The notes: a model not told the origin generated them from the letters alone. 64,000 bases of DNA from an uncultured delta proteobacterium (GCA_963793865.1 CAWCBP010000011.1:32001-96000); one strand, 5' to 3'. Shown: positions 1 through 10,217, counted from the stretch's first letter. Translations and numbers: made by a program.

Positions 1-150
1 GTTGCCCTTGAGGCACAGGGCGCCGGCATTGACGGGGTGATTGGTCATGTACTCTATGCCGGTGGCCCTGCCCTGCTCAAGCAGGGTATGGAAGCCGCAC
101 CCTTCAGCGCAGCGAAGGCAGACGCTTTGAGTTTCCTGGAGCGGTGTCAT
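1..150 (-). CDS. Molybdopterin oxidoreductase (formate dehydrogenase alpha-like) N-terminal 4Fe-4S domain, partial (runs off window)
   Basis: Manual translation MTPLQETQSVCLRCAEGCGFHTLLEQGRATGIEYMTNHPVNAGALCLKGN has the CxxCxxGC...HPVNxGxLCxKG motif. Confidence 0.8.
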   Translation of the reverse strand, partial: MTPLQETQSVCLRCAEGCGFHTLLEQGRATGIEYMTNHPVNAGALCLKGN

Positions 151-299
151 GTTTGCATCAGGGGTTGATGGAACAATTGAAAGGGAAGGTAATCCGTGCT
201 CCCTTGAGAAAGAAGTGAAATGTAAGTGGCAGCATCAGGGAGCGGGTCCATGATGCTGCCATCCACAGTAATTTCCTGCTTACATTTCCTGTCCGCGTC

Positions 300-1478
300 T
301 TAATAGGATTTCGGCAGCCCCAGCAGCACCTGACCGATGAAATTCTTTGACATTTCGTTGGTGATGGGTGCGAAAATGAGCTGTCGGCAGTTCCTGTAGT
401 ACCGCTGCATATCGTACTCTTCGGTGAAACCGTAGCCGGCAAGAACCCTCATTCCACGATCAGCAGCGCGGAAAGCGACTTCTGATGCCAGATACTTGGC
501 CATGGTGCAAATGACGCCGGTCTGGATATTGTCCGGGTCCTTTGCCTGCATCCAAGCGGCCTTGTAGGTAACCAGCCGTGCCGCCTCAATCTCTGATGCC
601 ACTTCAGCCAGGGGGTGTTGTATTGCCTGGAATGCTCCAATGGGCTTGCCGAAAGCCTCGCGCTCTTTGGCATACTGTGTTGCGTCGTCGAGTGCCGCCT
701 TTGCCAGGCCGAGGGTGATGGCCGCGCATACAATGCGTTCGTTGTTTAGCGTTCCCACAAGCTGATACCAGCCTTTTCCCCGCGCGCCCAGGATCTGGCT
801 TTTGTGCACTTTCACATCTTCATAAACAACTTCGAATGAACTCAGGATGTGGCTTCCCAGTTTTTCAATCTTGTTGTAGCTGACACCAGGGGTCTTTGTG
901 GGTATGAGGAACATGGTGAGACCGCGGGCCGGCTTGTCCGGGGATTCATCGGTTCTGAAAACGCCGACGATGGTGTCCGCCACGTGGATCCCTGTGGTGT
1001 AAATCTTGGTGCCGTTTAAAATATAGTAGTCACCGTCCTCTTTTGCCTTTGATTTCAGTGCGCCCAGGATGTCGGTACCACCGCCGGGCTCGGTCAGGCT
1101 CAGGCAGAAATTGGTGTCTCCGGCGATCAGCGGGGGAAGATACTTTTGCTTTTGTTCTTCAGTTCCCTGCTCCAGGATGGAGATACCGCCAAAACACACA
1201 CCGAGCAGGTAGGTCAGACCCAGGTCGGAAAAGCGGTATGACAACTCTTCGGTAATGAGCATTTCCTCAATAATACCTCCGCCGGTTCCACCGTATTGTT
1301 CCGGAAATGCGGCCCCCAGGATACCTATTTCTCCCAATTGTTTCCAGACATGTGATGGGAATGTATGGGTTTTATCCCATTCCCGTACCTTCTCTCGGGG
1401 GCACTCTTTGTCTTTAAATTTTCTGACTGTTTCAATTATCATCTTCTGTTCGTCGGTGAGTTCAAAATCTAGTGCCAT
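300..1478 (-). CDS. Acyl-CoA dehydrogenase
   Basis: LTEPGGGTD, LNGTKIYTT, REAFGKPIGAFQAIQH, GYGFTEEYDMQRYYR motifs; AAGGAG RBS before ATG at 1478. Confidence 0.95.
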   Translation of the reverse strand: MALDFELTDEQKMIIETVRKFKDKECPREKVREWDKTHTFPSHVWKQLGEIGILGAAFPEQYGGTGGGIIEEMLITEELSYRFSDLGLTYLLGVCFGGISILEQGTEEQKQKYLPPLIAGDTNFCLSLTEPGGGTDILGALKSKAKEDGDYYILNGTKIYTTGIHVADTIVGVFRTDESPDKPARGLTMFLIPTKTPGVSYNKIEKLGSHILSSFEVVYEDVKVHKSQILGARGKGWYQLVGTLNNERIVCAAITLGLAKAALDDATQYAKEREAFGKPIGAFQAIQHPLAEVASEIEAARLVTYKAAWMQAKDPDNIQTGVICTMAKYLASEVAFRAADRGMRVLAGYGFTEEYDMQRYYRNCRQLIFAPITNEMSKNFIGQVLLGLPKSY

Positions 1479-1505
1479 ATCGTGCTCCTTTCGTTGGAAA
1501 TTAAG

Positions 1506-1523
1506 TGAATGAATATTCATTCA
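1506..1523. promoter_or_regulatory. FadR/YsiA-type TetR operator TGAATGA-ATAT-TCATTCA
   Basis: Perfect 18-bp palindrome just upstream of the acyl-CoA dehydrogenase; minus-strand TTGACA at 1562-1567; same motif recurs at 60106. Confidence 0.8.
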
Positions 1524-1631
1524 TTAAGAGTAATTCCTTGAATATCATTACCATACTGTCATGTCAAGACATTTTTTAGATTTCTTTCAACGGGTGCGGG
1601 TGACGGGGTGTATCGATTTAAAATCCTGTTT

Positions 1632-1889
1632 TTATTCAACAATTTTGTATACCAGATCATCTTCCCTGACCCGGTCTTTTACCTTGATCCCGATCATGTC
1701 TCCGGGGAGCGCTTTTTCCACGGGTTGATTATCTTTCTGCATGGAATTCACCGTATCTTGAAAGTCAGTGGTGTGCCCTTTAAACTTTATCCGGTCACCA
1801 ATGCACAGGGATCCATCAGTCATGGCAATTGCCGCGACAGAGGGCTTGGCAAAAAACTTCACAACTTTCGCTATCTTTTCTTCTCTCAT
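1632..1889 (-). CDS. Small translation-factor-like beta-barrel protein (EF-Tu domain II / U32 peptidase C-terminal-like)
   Basis: FFAKPSVAAI, GHTTDFQDTVNSMQ, GDMIGIKVKDRVRE pattern; overlaps cutA stop (ATGA). Confidence 0.75.
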   Translation of the reverse strand: MREEKIAKVVKFFAKPSVAAIAMTDGSLCIGDRIKFKGHTTDFQDTVNSMQKDNQPVEKALPGDMIGIKVKDRVREDDLVYKIVE

Positions 1890-2236
1890 GGCAGCACCGT
1901 CCTTTCACCTGGTACATTTGTTGCGTTTTTCAGCCACTCAAGATAATCAGGCAAGCCATCGATAACGGGCAGCGCAATAATTTCAGGAATATCATAACTG
2001 TGCAATGATTTTACACGGTCGCGTATCCGGGGGAAAAGACTTTTAGGGCTCTTGACCAGAAGCAGTACCTCTTCATCCTCACAGACCTTCCCCTCCCAGC
2101 GGTAAACCGATGTGATCCGGGGAATAATGCTGACGCAGGCGGCAATCCCTTCGGTGACCAGGGCCCGGGCAATTTCTTCCCCTTTATCAAGGGCAGGCGC
2201 CGTAATGAGGATGACTATGGCTGCGGTCTCATTCAT
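1886..2236 (-). CDS. cutA: Divalent-cation tolerance protein CutA
   Basis: AACVSI, SVYRWEGKV, HSYDIPEII motifs. Confidence 0.93.
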   Translation of the reverse strand: MNETAAIVILITAPALDKGEEIARALVTEGIAACVSIIPRITSVYRWEGKVCEDEEVLLLVKSPKSLFPRIRDRVKSLHSYDIPEIIALPVIDGLPDYLEWLKNATNVPGERTVLP

Positions 2237-2299
2237 GGCCCCCTACCTTTACCGTTTGTGTCAGAAAATATCAAGCAAAATATTGAGCGGCTGCGGCGG

Positions 2300-2935
2300 C
2301 TATTCCGTGGGGGTGATCTGCGGTTTTGATGACAGCTGACCCAGCTGCGGAAGCAGCTGTTTCGCTTCCTCGGGCGAGGTAAAGCTGCCGACCCTGACCC
2401 GGTGCCAGGTCTCACCGGCCGGATTGGTTTTGCTTGTTACCTGTGCTTGAAATCCCTGGCTGTTGAGCGTATTGGCAAGGGCATACGCCTTTTCTTTCTG
2501 CTGAAAGGCGGCAACCTGGATGGTATAACCGGCTTCCTTGCGTGCGGGGGGTGCGGGCCTGTCGGGGGCGGCAGCTGTGGCTGCAGGCGCCGCGGGGGCT
2601 GCCGGCCGGGCCTTTACCCCCTCCCTGGTCAGCGATGGCGTAATCTCAACCTTCTGCGTCAGCTCATCGTAAAACCGCAGGTCTGAATCGTTTTTGCCGC
2701 AATCACCGGCGGGCGGATTCATCGGCTCTAATGAATTGTAGTCGGAAACGGGAGGCGCGGCCGCAAGGTTCTGACGCGGGTGCGCAACAGGGGGGGCGTC
2801 CACGCCCTGAATGAACCGGCTGCCCATGAAGGCCCCCAGGGTGAAGGCAAAGAAAAAGCAGCCGATCAGGGCGAACAGGGATAGCAGGATCTGCAGTAAG
2901 CTGAGCCTGATTTCAAAATATTTTTTTGGATTCAT
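2300..2935 (-). CDS. SPOR-domain membrane-anchored cell division protein (FtsN/DedD-like)
   Basis: N-terminal TM helix, Pro/Ala linker, C-terminal YTIQVAAF...HRVRVGSF SPOR domain; follows argS. Confidence 0.85.
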   Translation of the reverse strand: MNPKKYFEIRLSLLQILLSLFALIGCFFFAFTLGAFMGSRFIQGVDAPPVAHPRQNLAAAPPVSDYNSLEPMNPPAGDCGKNDSDLRFYDELTQKVEITPSLTREGVKARPAAPAAPAATAAAPDRPAPPARKEAGYTIQVAAFQQKEKAYALANTLNSQGFQAQVTSKTNPAGETWHRVRVGSFTSPEEAKQLLPQLGQLSSKPQITPTE

Positions 2936-2977
2936 GTAATGCCTTATCGCGGGCCTGCGGGGGCCCGGCGGTCATGC

Positions 2978-4669
2978 TTACATCTTTTCCGGCGCGCCGA
3001 CCCCGATGAGCGTCAATCCGTTTTTGATAACCATCCTGACGGTGTTTACCAGCCAGAGCCGAGCGGCGCTGAGCGGCCGGTCCTCACTCACCACCCGCCG
3101 GGCGCCGTTCAGCTTTCCCAGATGATAGTAGCGGTGGAAATTGCCCACCAGGTCGTTGAGATAGCCGGTGATGCGGTGTGGTTCAAGACTCAGCGCGCAT
3201 CCCTCCACCAGCTCGGGATAGGATGAAAGCTGCTTGATGAGATTGATCTCTTCCGGCAGGATGAGCAGATCCAGGTTCACCTCGCCGGGGCCGGGAAGGG
3301 GCAGCCCCTGCTCCCGGGCAAAGCCCAGGATGTTGCAGATCCTGGCGTGCGCGTATTGGACGTAATAGACGGGGTTTTCATCGCTCTGCTTTTTGGCCAC
3401 CTCCAGATCAAACTCGAGCTGCGCGTCGGATTTCCGGGTGAGAAAAATGTATTTCACCGCGTCGGGGCCGACCTCGTCAAGCACCTCCCGAAGCGTGACA
3501 AAAGTGCCGCTGCGGGTGGACATTGAGACCGGAACCCCGTTTCTCACCAGGCTCACAAACTGCACCAGCAATACTTCCACGCTGTCCCGGCTGTTGCCCA
3601 GGGCCTCCATTACCGCTTTGATCCGGGGGATGTACCCGTGGTGGTCCGCGCCCCAGATATTTATGGTTTTCCGGTACCCCCGCTGCAGCTTGTTGGCGTG
3701 GTAGGCGATGTCGGAGGCAAAATAGGTCGGTACCCCGTTGCTTCTCACCACCACCCGGTCCTTATCATCACCGAAATCCGTGCTTTTAAACCAGAGGTGT
3801 CCTTCATGGCGGTACAGGCAGCCTTTTTTGTCCAGTTCCTCTATTGCATTCTCCACGGTTTTTTCCCTGAAAAGGGAGTTTTCGCTGAACCAGGTGTCGA
3901 AGCGGCATCCGAAATCGCTTAAGTCCTTTTGTATTCCTTCCATGATGCTGTCAACTGAAGCGGAGGTAAAAAAGGAGATTGCCTCGGCCTCGCTCGCCTG
4001 CGCATACCGGTCTCCGTGACGGTCCAGAATGTGCCGGGCTATTTCCCTGATATAGTCGCCCTGGTAGTACTCGGGAGGAAAGGAAATCTCTTTCCCCAGC
4101 ATCTCCAGATAGCGGGCGTAAACGGACCTTCCCAGCATTTGCATCTGATTGCCGGTGTCGTTGACATAGTACTCGCGGCTCACGTCATATCCCGCCGCCT
4201 GCAGGATATTGGCCAGCGCATCCCCGATGGCCGCCCCCCTTCCATGCCCGATATGCAGCGGTCCGGTGGGGTTGGCGCTGACGTATTCCACCATGATTTT
4301 TTCACCCCGGCCGATGTTCGAGGTTCCGTAGCCGTCGCCCTGGAGGGCCATGTCTTTCAGCGCCGCAAGCCAGAAGGGGCGCGAAATGAAGAAATTGATG
4401 AATCCCGGGCCGGCCACTTCCAGCTTCTCAAATATGCGGTCATCCTTTTGGGACAGGCGGGAAACAATGCTCTGGGCTATGGCGCGGGGGGATTTCTTCT
4501 CCCGGGGGGCCAGCAGCATTGCCACGTTGGTTGCGAAATCACCGTGCTGCTCCGCCTTGGGGGTTTCCAGGGTAAAGGGGGGAACTGTGTGCTGCGAGAG
4601 CTCGCCTGCCTGAGCGCATTCCTTCAGCGCTTCACCGATCTGGTGCCGTAAGCTATCCTTGACATTCAT
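2978..4669 (-). CDS. argS: Arginine--tRNA ligase
   Basis: VEYVSANPTGPLHIGHGRG (HIGH), WGADHHGY, YVQYAHARI, C-terminal APEKM. Confidence 0.98.
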   Translation of the reverse strand: MNVKDSLRHQIGEALKECAQAGELSQHTVPPFTLETPKAEQHGDFATNVAMLLAPREKKSPRAIAQSIVSRLSQKDDRIFEKLEVAGPGFINFFISRPFWLAALKDMALQGDGYGTSNIGRGEKIMVEYVSANPTGPLHIGHGRGAAIGDALANILQAAGYDVSREYYVNDTGNQMQMLGRSVYARYLEMLGKEISFPPEYYQGDYIREIARHILDRHGDRYAQASEAEAISFFTSASVDSIMEGIQKDLSDFGCRFDTWFSENSLFREKTVENAIEELDKKGCLYRHEGHLWFKSTDFGDDKDRVVVRSNGVPTYFASDIAYHANKLQRGYRKTINIWGADHHGYIPRIKAVMEALGNSRDSVEVLLVQFVSLVRNGVPVSMSTRSGTFVTLREVLDEVGPDAVKYIFLTRKSDAQLEFDLEVAKKQSDENPVYYVQYAHARICNILGFAREQGLPLPGPGEVNLDLLILPEEINLIKQLSSYPELVEGCALSLEPHRITGYLNDLVGNFHRYYHLGKLNGARRVVSEDRPLSAARLWLVNTVRMVIKNGLTLIGVGAPEKM

Positions 4670-4773
4670 GGGTAATTATTGAACGGGCTGACCGCCTGAT
4701 GAGCCTGCTGTTTCATCGCCGGATGCCGCAGCCGCGGAAAGCCGGTCCCCCTCTCCTTGAACTTCCGATTGGT

Positions 4774-5187
4774 TTAGTCTTCTATGTCTTCCTCGACCTC
4801 TACGAGAGAAAGGGCGCCGCTGGTGCACCACTTGACGCAGGACGGGTCGGGCGGCTCACCGCAAAAATCGCACTTTAAGGGAACCTCGGTGCCCGGCTCG
4901 AAAAAGTACGGCTTTTCCGGGCATGCAGCCCGGCAGAGCATGCAGGTGTTGTAATGCTGTCCCCCGATGATGGTGAAGCTGCGGGAGGAGCACTTGGCGT
5001 CGGTGTAAGGACCCGAGAGGATCGGATAGCTGGTCCCATCGTCCAGATCCACATGGACCCTGATGCGGGACTGGTTGGGATTCACTGAATTGTGCTCGGT
5101 GTGGGCAAGCGCGCATGCCGTTTCACAGTGACGGCAGCCGGTGCATTTGTCGAAATCGATCACTATCTTTTTTACCATTGCCTTCAT
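4774..5187 (-). CDS. 4Fe-4S dicluster protein, BamC-like partner of AOR
   Basis: CTGCRHCETAC, CMLCRAACP, PLKCDFC, CVKWC motifs; directly downstream of aor. Confidence 0.85.
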   Translation of the reverse strand: MKAMVKKIVIDFDKCTGCRHCETACALAHTEHNSVNPNQSRIRVHVDLDDGTSYPILSGPYTDAKCSSRSFTIIGGQHYNTCMLCRAACPEKPYFFEPGTEVPLKCDFCGEPPDPSCVKWCTSGALSLVEVEEDIED

Positions 5188-5233
5188 AATGGTTTCCTCC
5201 GCCGTTCCGGTATGTTTTTTAAAGTGGCCCCTG

Positions 5234-7063
5234 CTAATCCAGACCCAGCTGCTTCAGCTTATCCGCAGCGGGTATGCCCTTTTCATTCCAGCTCCGCACC
5301 TTATAATAGGCGGGCAGCATTTGATCAAGCTTGCATACGCTTCCTTTGAAAGGACCCTCGGGCATGGGCTCCTTTAAGAACCGCGGCGGGAGGGTATCAT
5401 CTTCCCCGGTAATGCCGGCTTTGATGTTGAACATGCGCTCCAGGTTCCAGATGCGCTCGCCCGCAGCCATGAGGTCGTCAACCGAAAAGCTTTCCCCGGT
5501 GGCCACCTCGAGCAGCGGCACCAAGTCTTCGGGACCGTATCCCTCCGCCAGGGCAAGGAATAGACAGAGGCCGCATGAGTCAACCACGGCGGTAAAATCC
5601 TGGAACGCCTTCAAGACCGTCGGCTTCTCTTCCGTGTCGGCGGGGTCCCGCTTTTTATTGACCCCCAGGATTTCAGTGGCAATGAGATAGCTTCGCACGT
5701 GGCAGGCCCCGCGGTTGGAGGTGGCATAGCCCAGCCCCATGCCCTGCACCCCCCGGGGATCATAGGCGGGAAGCCCCTGTTTCTTGACCCCCATGAACAG
5801 CTCCGGGTGTCCGTACTTTTCGGCCAGCGCGTATCCGCCCTCGGAAAGGATGTCACCGATGCCTTCCCGCTTCCCCATCAGCTCCACAAGCTTGACCAAT
5901 GCTTCGGCATTACCGAAATTCGCCTTGAATCCGATGTCCTTTTCGGGGAGATATCCCTTTTCATAGAGCTCCATGGCGCAGGCCACGATGTTGCCCGCCT
6001 CAATGGTGTCAAGCCCCAGCTCGTTGCAGAGGTAGTTTGCCTTGGCCACCGCGCCCAGGTTGTCCACGCCGCAGGAGGCGCCGAACAGGGCAACCGTCTC
6101 GTATTCCGGCCCCTCACCCTTGCCTTCAAAGGCGGGGTCCTCGACGCTGGTTACCCTGCCGCAGCCCATGGGGCAGGCGAAACATCCACGCTTTCTCCGG
6201 AGAATGGTTCCGGCAAGCGTTTCACCACTGATGCTTTCCGCCCCCTCAAATACCCCGGTCTGAAAATTCCTGGTGCAGAGGATGCCGCTTTCATTGATGA
6301 TGTTGACCAGCACCGAGGTGCCGTAGATGGGGAGCGCCTGGGATGTGACCTTCGCCGCTTCGGACCGGTTTTTCTCAATGCTGTCCCGGACAAGGTCGCG
6401 AAACTTGTCCCGGTCGGTTACCGTAACCCCTTTTGAACCCTTGACCACGACCGCCTTCAGGTTTTTGGATCCCATGACCGCTCCGACCCCGGATCGCCCC
6501 GCCGCCCGCGCCTTGTCATTGATGATACAGGCAGCCCGTGATAATTTCTCACCGGCCGGTCCGATGCTGGCGATGCGGAACTGCTCTCCCTTCCAGGGCC
6601 TTCCTATCTGTGAACGGATGGCATCCTCGGTTTCATGGGTGGTCAGTCCCCAGAGGTCTTCCGCCGGCCGCAGCTCCACGGTGTCATCGTTGATGTAAAG
6701 GTACACCGGGCTTTCCGCCTTCCCCTCGAAGATAATCATGTCATACCCGGCGTACTTCAGCTCCGGGCCGAAGTAACCCCCGGAATTGGAGCAGGCAATG
6801 CAGCCGGTTAAAGGGGACTTTGTCACCACCATGTAACGGCCTCCGGCAATGGCGCCGGTTCCCGTCAAGGGACCGGTGGCGAAGATCAGCTTGTTCTCCG
6901 GGCTGAGGGGATCAACCGCAGGATCGATTTCATCATAGAGCATCTTGCTGGCGAGTCCCCGCCCTCCAATAAAATTCTTTGCCAGGTCCTGATCCAACTC
7001 TTCCACGTCGATTTGCGCGCTGCTTAAATCTATCCGGAGAAACTTTCCCACCCAGCCATCCAT
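5234..7063 (-). CDS. aor: Tungsten-dependent aldehyde:ferredoxin oxidoreductase
   Basis: GGRGLA, KSPLTG, AAGRSGVGAVMGSKNLKA, CFACPMGC, GPEYET, NRGACH motifs. Confidence 0.95.
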   Translation of the reverse strand: MDGWVGKFLRIDLSSAQIDVEELDQDLAKNFIGGRGLASKMLYDEIDPAVDPLSPENKLIFATGPLTGTGAIAGGRYMVVTKSPLTGCIACSNSGGYFGPELKYAGYDMIIFEGKAESPVYLYINDDTVELRPAEDLWGLTTHETEDAIRSQIGRPWKGEQFRIASIGPAGEKLSRAACIINDKARAAGRSGVGAVMGSKNLKAVVVKGSKGVTVTDRDKFRDLVRDSIEKNRSEAAKVTSQALPIYGTSVLVNIINESGILCTRNFQTGVFEGAESISGETLAGTILRRKRGCFACPMGCGRVTSVEDPAFEGKGEGPEYETVALFGASCGVDNLGAVAKANYLCNELGLDTIEAGNIVACAMELYEKGYLPEKDIGFKANFGNAEALVKLVELMGKREGIGDILSEGGYALAEKYGHPELFMGVKKQGLPAYDPRGVQGMGLGYATSNRGACHVRSYLIATEILGVNKKRDPADTEEKPTVLKAFQDFTAVVDSCGLCLFLALAEGYGPEDLVPLLEVATGESFSVDDLMAAGERIWNLERMFNIKAGITGEDDTLPPRFLKEPMPEGPFKGSVCKLDQMLPAYYKVRSWNEKGIPAADKLKQLGLD

Positions 7064-7399
7064 AGCAGATCTCCTTTATCCATTGATTAAAGGGATACGT
7101 AACCTGTAACCTTGTACCAAATATGCGGCAAGATTACAATGGTTTTCGGCAGTACGCAATACAATTTATTCTGCCTGTCCCGGCCGGTGTTGCATCAGGG
7201 ATGCCCGGCCTGACGGTCCTGAAAGCAGGTGCCTGCCGGGGATGATAAAGTGCTTGAAAAAATTACAGGTTAGTGTTACAAACCGCTGTGCTATGAGACA
7301 GAAACGGGAAGAGACAGCGCTGCTCAGGCGGGCGATTGAGCGTAGTGGCAATCGGCGTGTCGAACGCGCGGCGTGATGGTGTACCGTCAGGACAGCGGC

Positions 7400-8395
7400 A
7401 TGAACGCTCTTTTCCACCCCAAACTGGTAAATGCGCCTTTTGGCGATCCTGCCGTATACATAGAAACCCTTTATGCGCGGCAGGCGCTGCTCTTTGACCT
7501 TGGTGATATAACTGCCCTGGGCGAAGCCAAGACCCTGAAACTGACCCATGTGTTCATATCCCACGCGCACATAGACCACTTTTGCGGGTTTGATTATCTG
7601 CTCCGGGTAATGCTGGGGCGGGACAGGCACCTGCGCTTCTATGGCCCTCCGGGGATAACCGCTCACATCGCGGGGAAGCTGTCCGGGTACACCTGGAACC
7701 TGGTGCGGGATTATCCGCTCCGGTTGAGCGTCGGCGAGATTCACCCCGGGCGCATAGACTGCACCACGTTTACCTGCGCCCAACAGTTCGCAAGCGAAGC
7801 TGCCGGGCATCGCCCCTTTGAGGGGGTGGTGGAGGAAACCCCGCACTTTACCGTGAGGGCGGTGCGGCTGGACCACGGCATTCCCAGCCTGGCGTTCTCG
7901 CTTGAGGAGCGTTTCCACATCAATATTCTGAGCCCCCGCCTGCAGGAAAAAGGGTACGCAACGGGGCCGTGGCTGAAGGAGCTGAAAGAGCTGCTCTGGC
8001 AGGGACATCCCGATGACCGGACCGTGAGCGTGCCGCGGCTGGATGAGGAAAGCGCTCCTGCTGAAGTCCCGCTGGGCGAGCTGAAAAAGGAGATAGTTGC
8101 CGTTACCGCGGGTCAAAGGATTGCCTATGTGGCTGATTGCTCGTACAGCGCGGATAACGTTGACAAGATAGCCGGCCTTGCCCGCGCCGCCGACATTTTT
8201 TTCTGCGAGGCGGCTTTTCTTGAGAAGGACCGGGAGAAGGCGCGGGCAAAAGAACACCTTACCGCACGGCAGGCGGGATTGATTGCCCGCAGTGCCGGGG
8301 TGAAAGAGTTTATCCCCTTCCACTTCTCACCCCGCTACCAGGGGCTTGAGGAAGAACTTGAACGGGAAGCGCAGGAGGCATTTAGAGAGGGGTGA
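7400..8395 (+). CDS. Ribonuclease Z-like metallo-beta-lactamase-fold hydrolase
   Basis: HAHIDH motif, LDHGIP, CEAAF, HLTARQAG, HFSPRY. Confidence 0.85.
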   Translation: MNALFHPKLVNAPFGDPAVYIETLYARQALLFDLGDITALGEAKTLKLTHVFISHAHIDHFCGFDYLLRVMLGRDRHLRFYGPPGITAHIAGKLSGYTWNLVRDYPLRLSVGEIHPGRIDCTTFTCAQQFASEAAGHRPFEGVVEETPHFTVRAVRLDHGIPSLAFSLEERFHINILSPRLQEKGYATGPWLKELKELLWQGHPDDRTVSVPRLDEESAPAEVPLGELKKEIVAVTAGQRIAYVADCSYSADNVDKIAGLARAADIFFCEAAFLEKDREKARAKEHLTARQAGLIARSAGVKEFIPFHFSPRYQGLEEELEREAQEAFREG

Positions 8396-8398
8396 GCA

Positions 8399-8573
8399 GC
8401 AGGAGTCAGGAGTCAGAAGACAGGAGCAGAAGACAGACTCAGAAGAAGTGAGTCTTCCTGAAACAGATTGTATCAGGAATATCACAAAGAGGGGCTCAGA
8501 CCAGAAGATCACGGGATATCTATACGAGCAGTCAGTATTCATGGTATTCTGATACTTCTGACTCCTGAATTCT
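8399..8573. repeat. Inverted pair of short heptamer arrays (caggagt/cagaaga ... tctgactcctgaattct)
   Basis: Tandem caggagt-cagaaga units after the stop at 8395 and reverse-complement units at 8546-8573. Confidence 0.6.
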
Positions 8574-8628
8574 CTCTTCTATATTTCCTGCACGAAAGAA
8601 AAATCATTTACCCACCAAAGGAGAAGCG

Positions 8629-8886
8629 ATGAAAGTAGGAGAAAAAATTACATTTCCGTTTGCTGATGGCACCAGGGAAGGAGTGATTGAAAGGATCACC
8701 GCCAAAAAAGTCTATCTCAGGGTCGACTTTCCTCATCATCCCCGCAAGCGCATCGTCCGCAGCATAGCCGCGCTTGAGGCTGGCGCGGCAGGCGGCAAAA
8801 AGAAAAAGGAAGTGAAGAAGAAAGAAAAGAAGAAGGCACCGAAGAAAGAGCAGAAGAAGACGCAGAAAAAAGAACAGGAATCGTAG
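8629..8886 (+). CDS. Small hypothetical protein, SH3/KOW-like N-terminus with Lys/Glu-rich tail
   Basis: AAGGAG RBS; MKVGEKITFPF...EGVIERI...VYLRVDF; KKKEKKKAPKKE tail. Confidence 0.7.
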   Translation: MKVGEKITFPFADGTREGVIERITAKKVYLRVDFPHHPRKRIVRSIAALEAGAAGGKKKKEVKKKEKKKAPKKEQKKTQKKEQES

Positions 8887-8895
8887 GCACAAGCC

Positions 8896-9453
8896 ATGAT
8901 GAGCACGGCAGGCGCCCTGATTTATGCCCTTCTGCTGCTACTGAATATGTCGGCCGGGGGGCCGGTGCCGGTTGAGGGAGTCGAGGTCATCACCGACCGT
9001 CAGTACGAACAGGTGGTGGGCGATGCCTTTGCCCGCGCCCGTTCCTCCATCAGGGTGATGATGTTTGAAGCGCACTACTACGCAAAGCATCTCAACAGCC
9101 CCACCAATCTGCTGATTGAGGAGCTGATCGCGGCTCAGCGGCGCGGGGTTGACGTGAGGGTCATCCTGGAAAGAAGAAAGGAAAAGGACCGGGTGAGCGC
9201 CGGCAACCTGGAAACCGGGGCGCTTCTTTCCCGGGGCGGGGTGGCGGTGATGTACGATCCCCTGACCACAACCACCCACAGCAAGCTTTTGATTATCGAC
9301 GGAGAAACGAGTGTGGTCGGCAGCACCAACTGGACGTACAATGCCCTTGAAAAGAATCACGAGGTGTCAGTCCTCATCCGCTCGCCCCGGGTTGCCCGCA
9401 CCCTTCAGGATTATTTTCAGGATGTCTGGCAATCGTGTTCCCCGCCTAACTGA
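8896..9453 (+). CDS. Exported single-HKD phospholipase D / Nuc-like protein
   Basis: Signal-peptide-like N-terminus; HSKLLIID...GSTNWT motif. Confidence 0.85.
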   Translation: MMSTAGALIYALLLLLNMSAGGPVPVEGVEVITDRQYEQVVGDAFARARSSIRVMMFEAHYYAKHLNSPTNLLIEELIAAQRRGVDVRVILERRKEKDRVSAGNLETGALLSRGGVAVMYDPLTTTTHSKLLIIDGETSVVGSTNWTYNALEKNHEVSVLIRSPRVARTLQDYFQDVWQSCSPPN

Positions 9454-9506
9454 AAAATAAGCAGCAGCGTCCCGGATTAATTTTTCGGTGGTGAAGAGGA
9501 GTCTCC

Positions 9507-10163
9507 GTGGCCACCCAGTTTGATCTCTTTGACCGGACACAAAACGATATTTTTGCCGCCCGGGAGTACTCCCGTTTCAAGGAGCTGCTCGCGGCATCCG
9601 GCTGCCAAAAATGTGCATTAGCGCGGGGGCGGCGCACCATCGTGGTGGACAGGGGTAACCCGGCATCGCGGATCATGGCCATCGGCGAGGCGCCGGGGGA
9701 AACGGAGGACAGCACGGGGAGGGCATTTGTAGGCAGGGCGGGGAAACTGCTCGATGAGATTATGAAGGCCATCCGGCTTGATACCGAGCAGGACCTGCTT
9801 ATCGCCAACATTGCCAAGTGCAAGCCGCCCGGAAACCGCGCGCCGCTGATTGAAGAGGTGACCGCCTGCAAGCCCTATTTGCGCAGGCAGATTGAGCTGG
9901 TGCAGCCGCGGATCATACTGCTGATGGGGGCGGTGGCCTTGAAACATATGATACCGGGGAAGGTTGATTTTTCCATGACCGAGGAGGCAGGCACTATTTT
10001 CCGCTGCGATGACTATCCCGGCATCAGCTTTATGGTGCTCTATCACCCGGCCTATCTTCTCTATGACCCGCGCAAGAAGAAGGATATGTGGGAACATGTC
10101 AAAGTGCTGGACAGGTTCCTGAAGGAAAACAGTGGTGCGGAAGAGGGGAAGGGAAGAGGGTGA
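9507..10163 (+). CDS. Uracil-DNA glycosylase family 4 (Fe-S type)
   Basis: CQKCAL, IGEAPGETED, FVGRAG, KCKPPGNR, YHPAYLL motifs; GAGGAG RBS before GTG. Confidence 0.93.
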   Translation: MATQFDLFDRTQNDIFAAREYSRFKELLAASGCQKCALARGRRTIVVDRGNPASRIMAIGEAPGETEDSTGRAFVGRAGKLLDEIMKAIRLDTEQDLLIANIAKCKPPGNRAPLIEEVTACKPYLRRQIELVQPRIILLMGAVALKHMIPGKVDFSMTEEAGTIFRCDDYPGISFMVLYHPAYLLYDPRKKKDMWEHVKVLDRFLKENSGAEEGKGRG

Positions 10164-10217
10164 AGACCAAGGGAAGGGAGATTGACTCGTCTCAGGGAAA
10201 AACCGGTTCATGTTCAG

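Noticed and set aside
5234..7063. Class II benzoyl-CoA reductase BamB
   Set aside because: Sequence resembles canonical AOR and no bamDEFGHI genes are adjacent; needs phylogeny to settle
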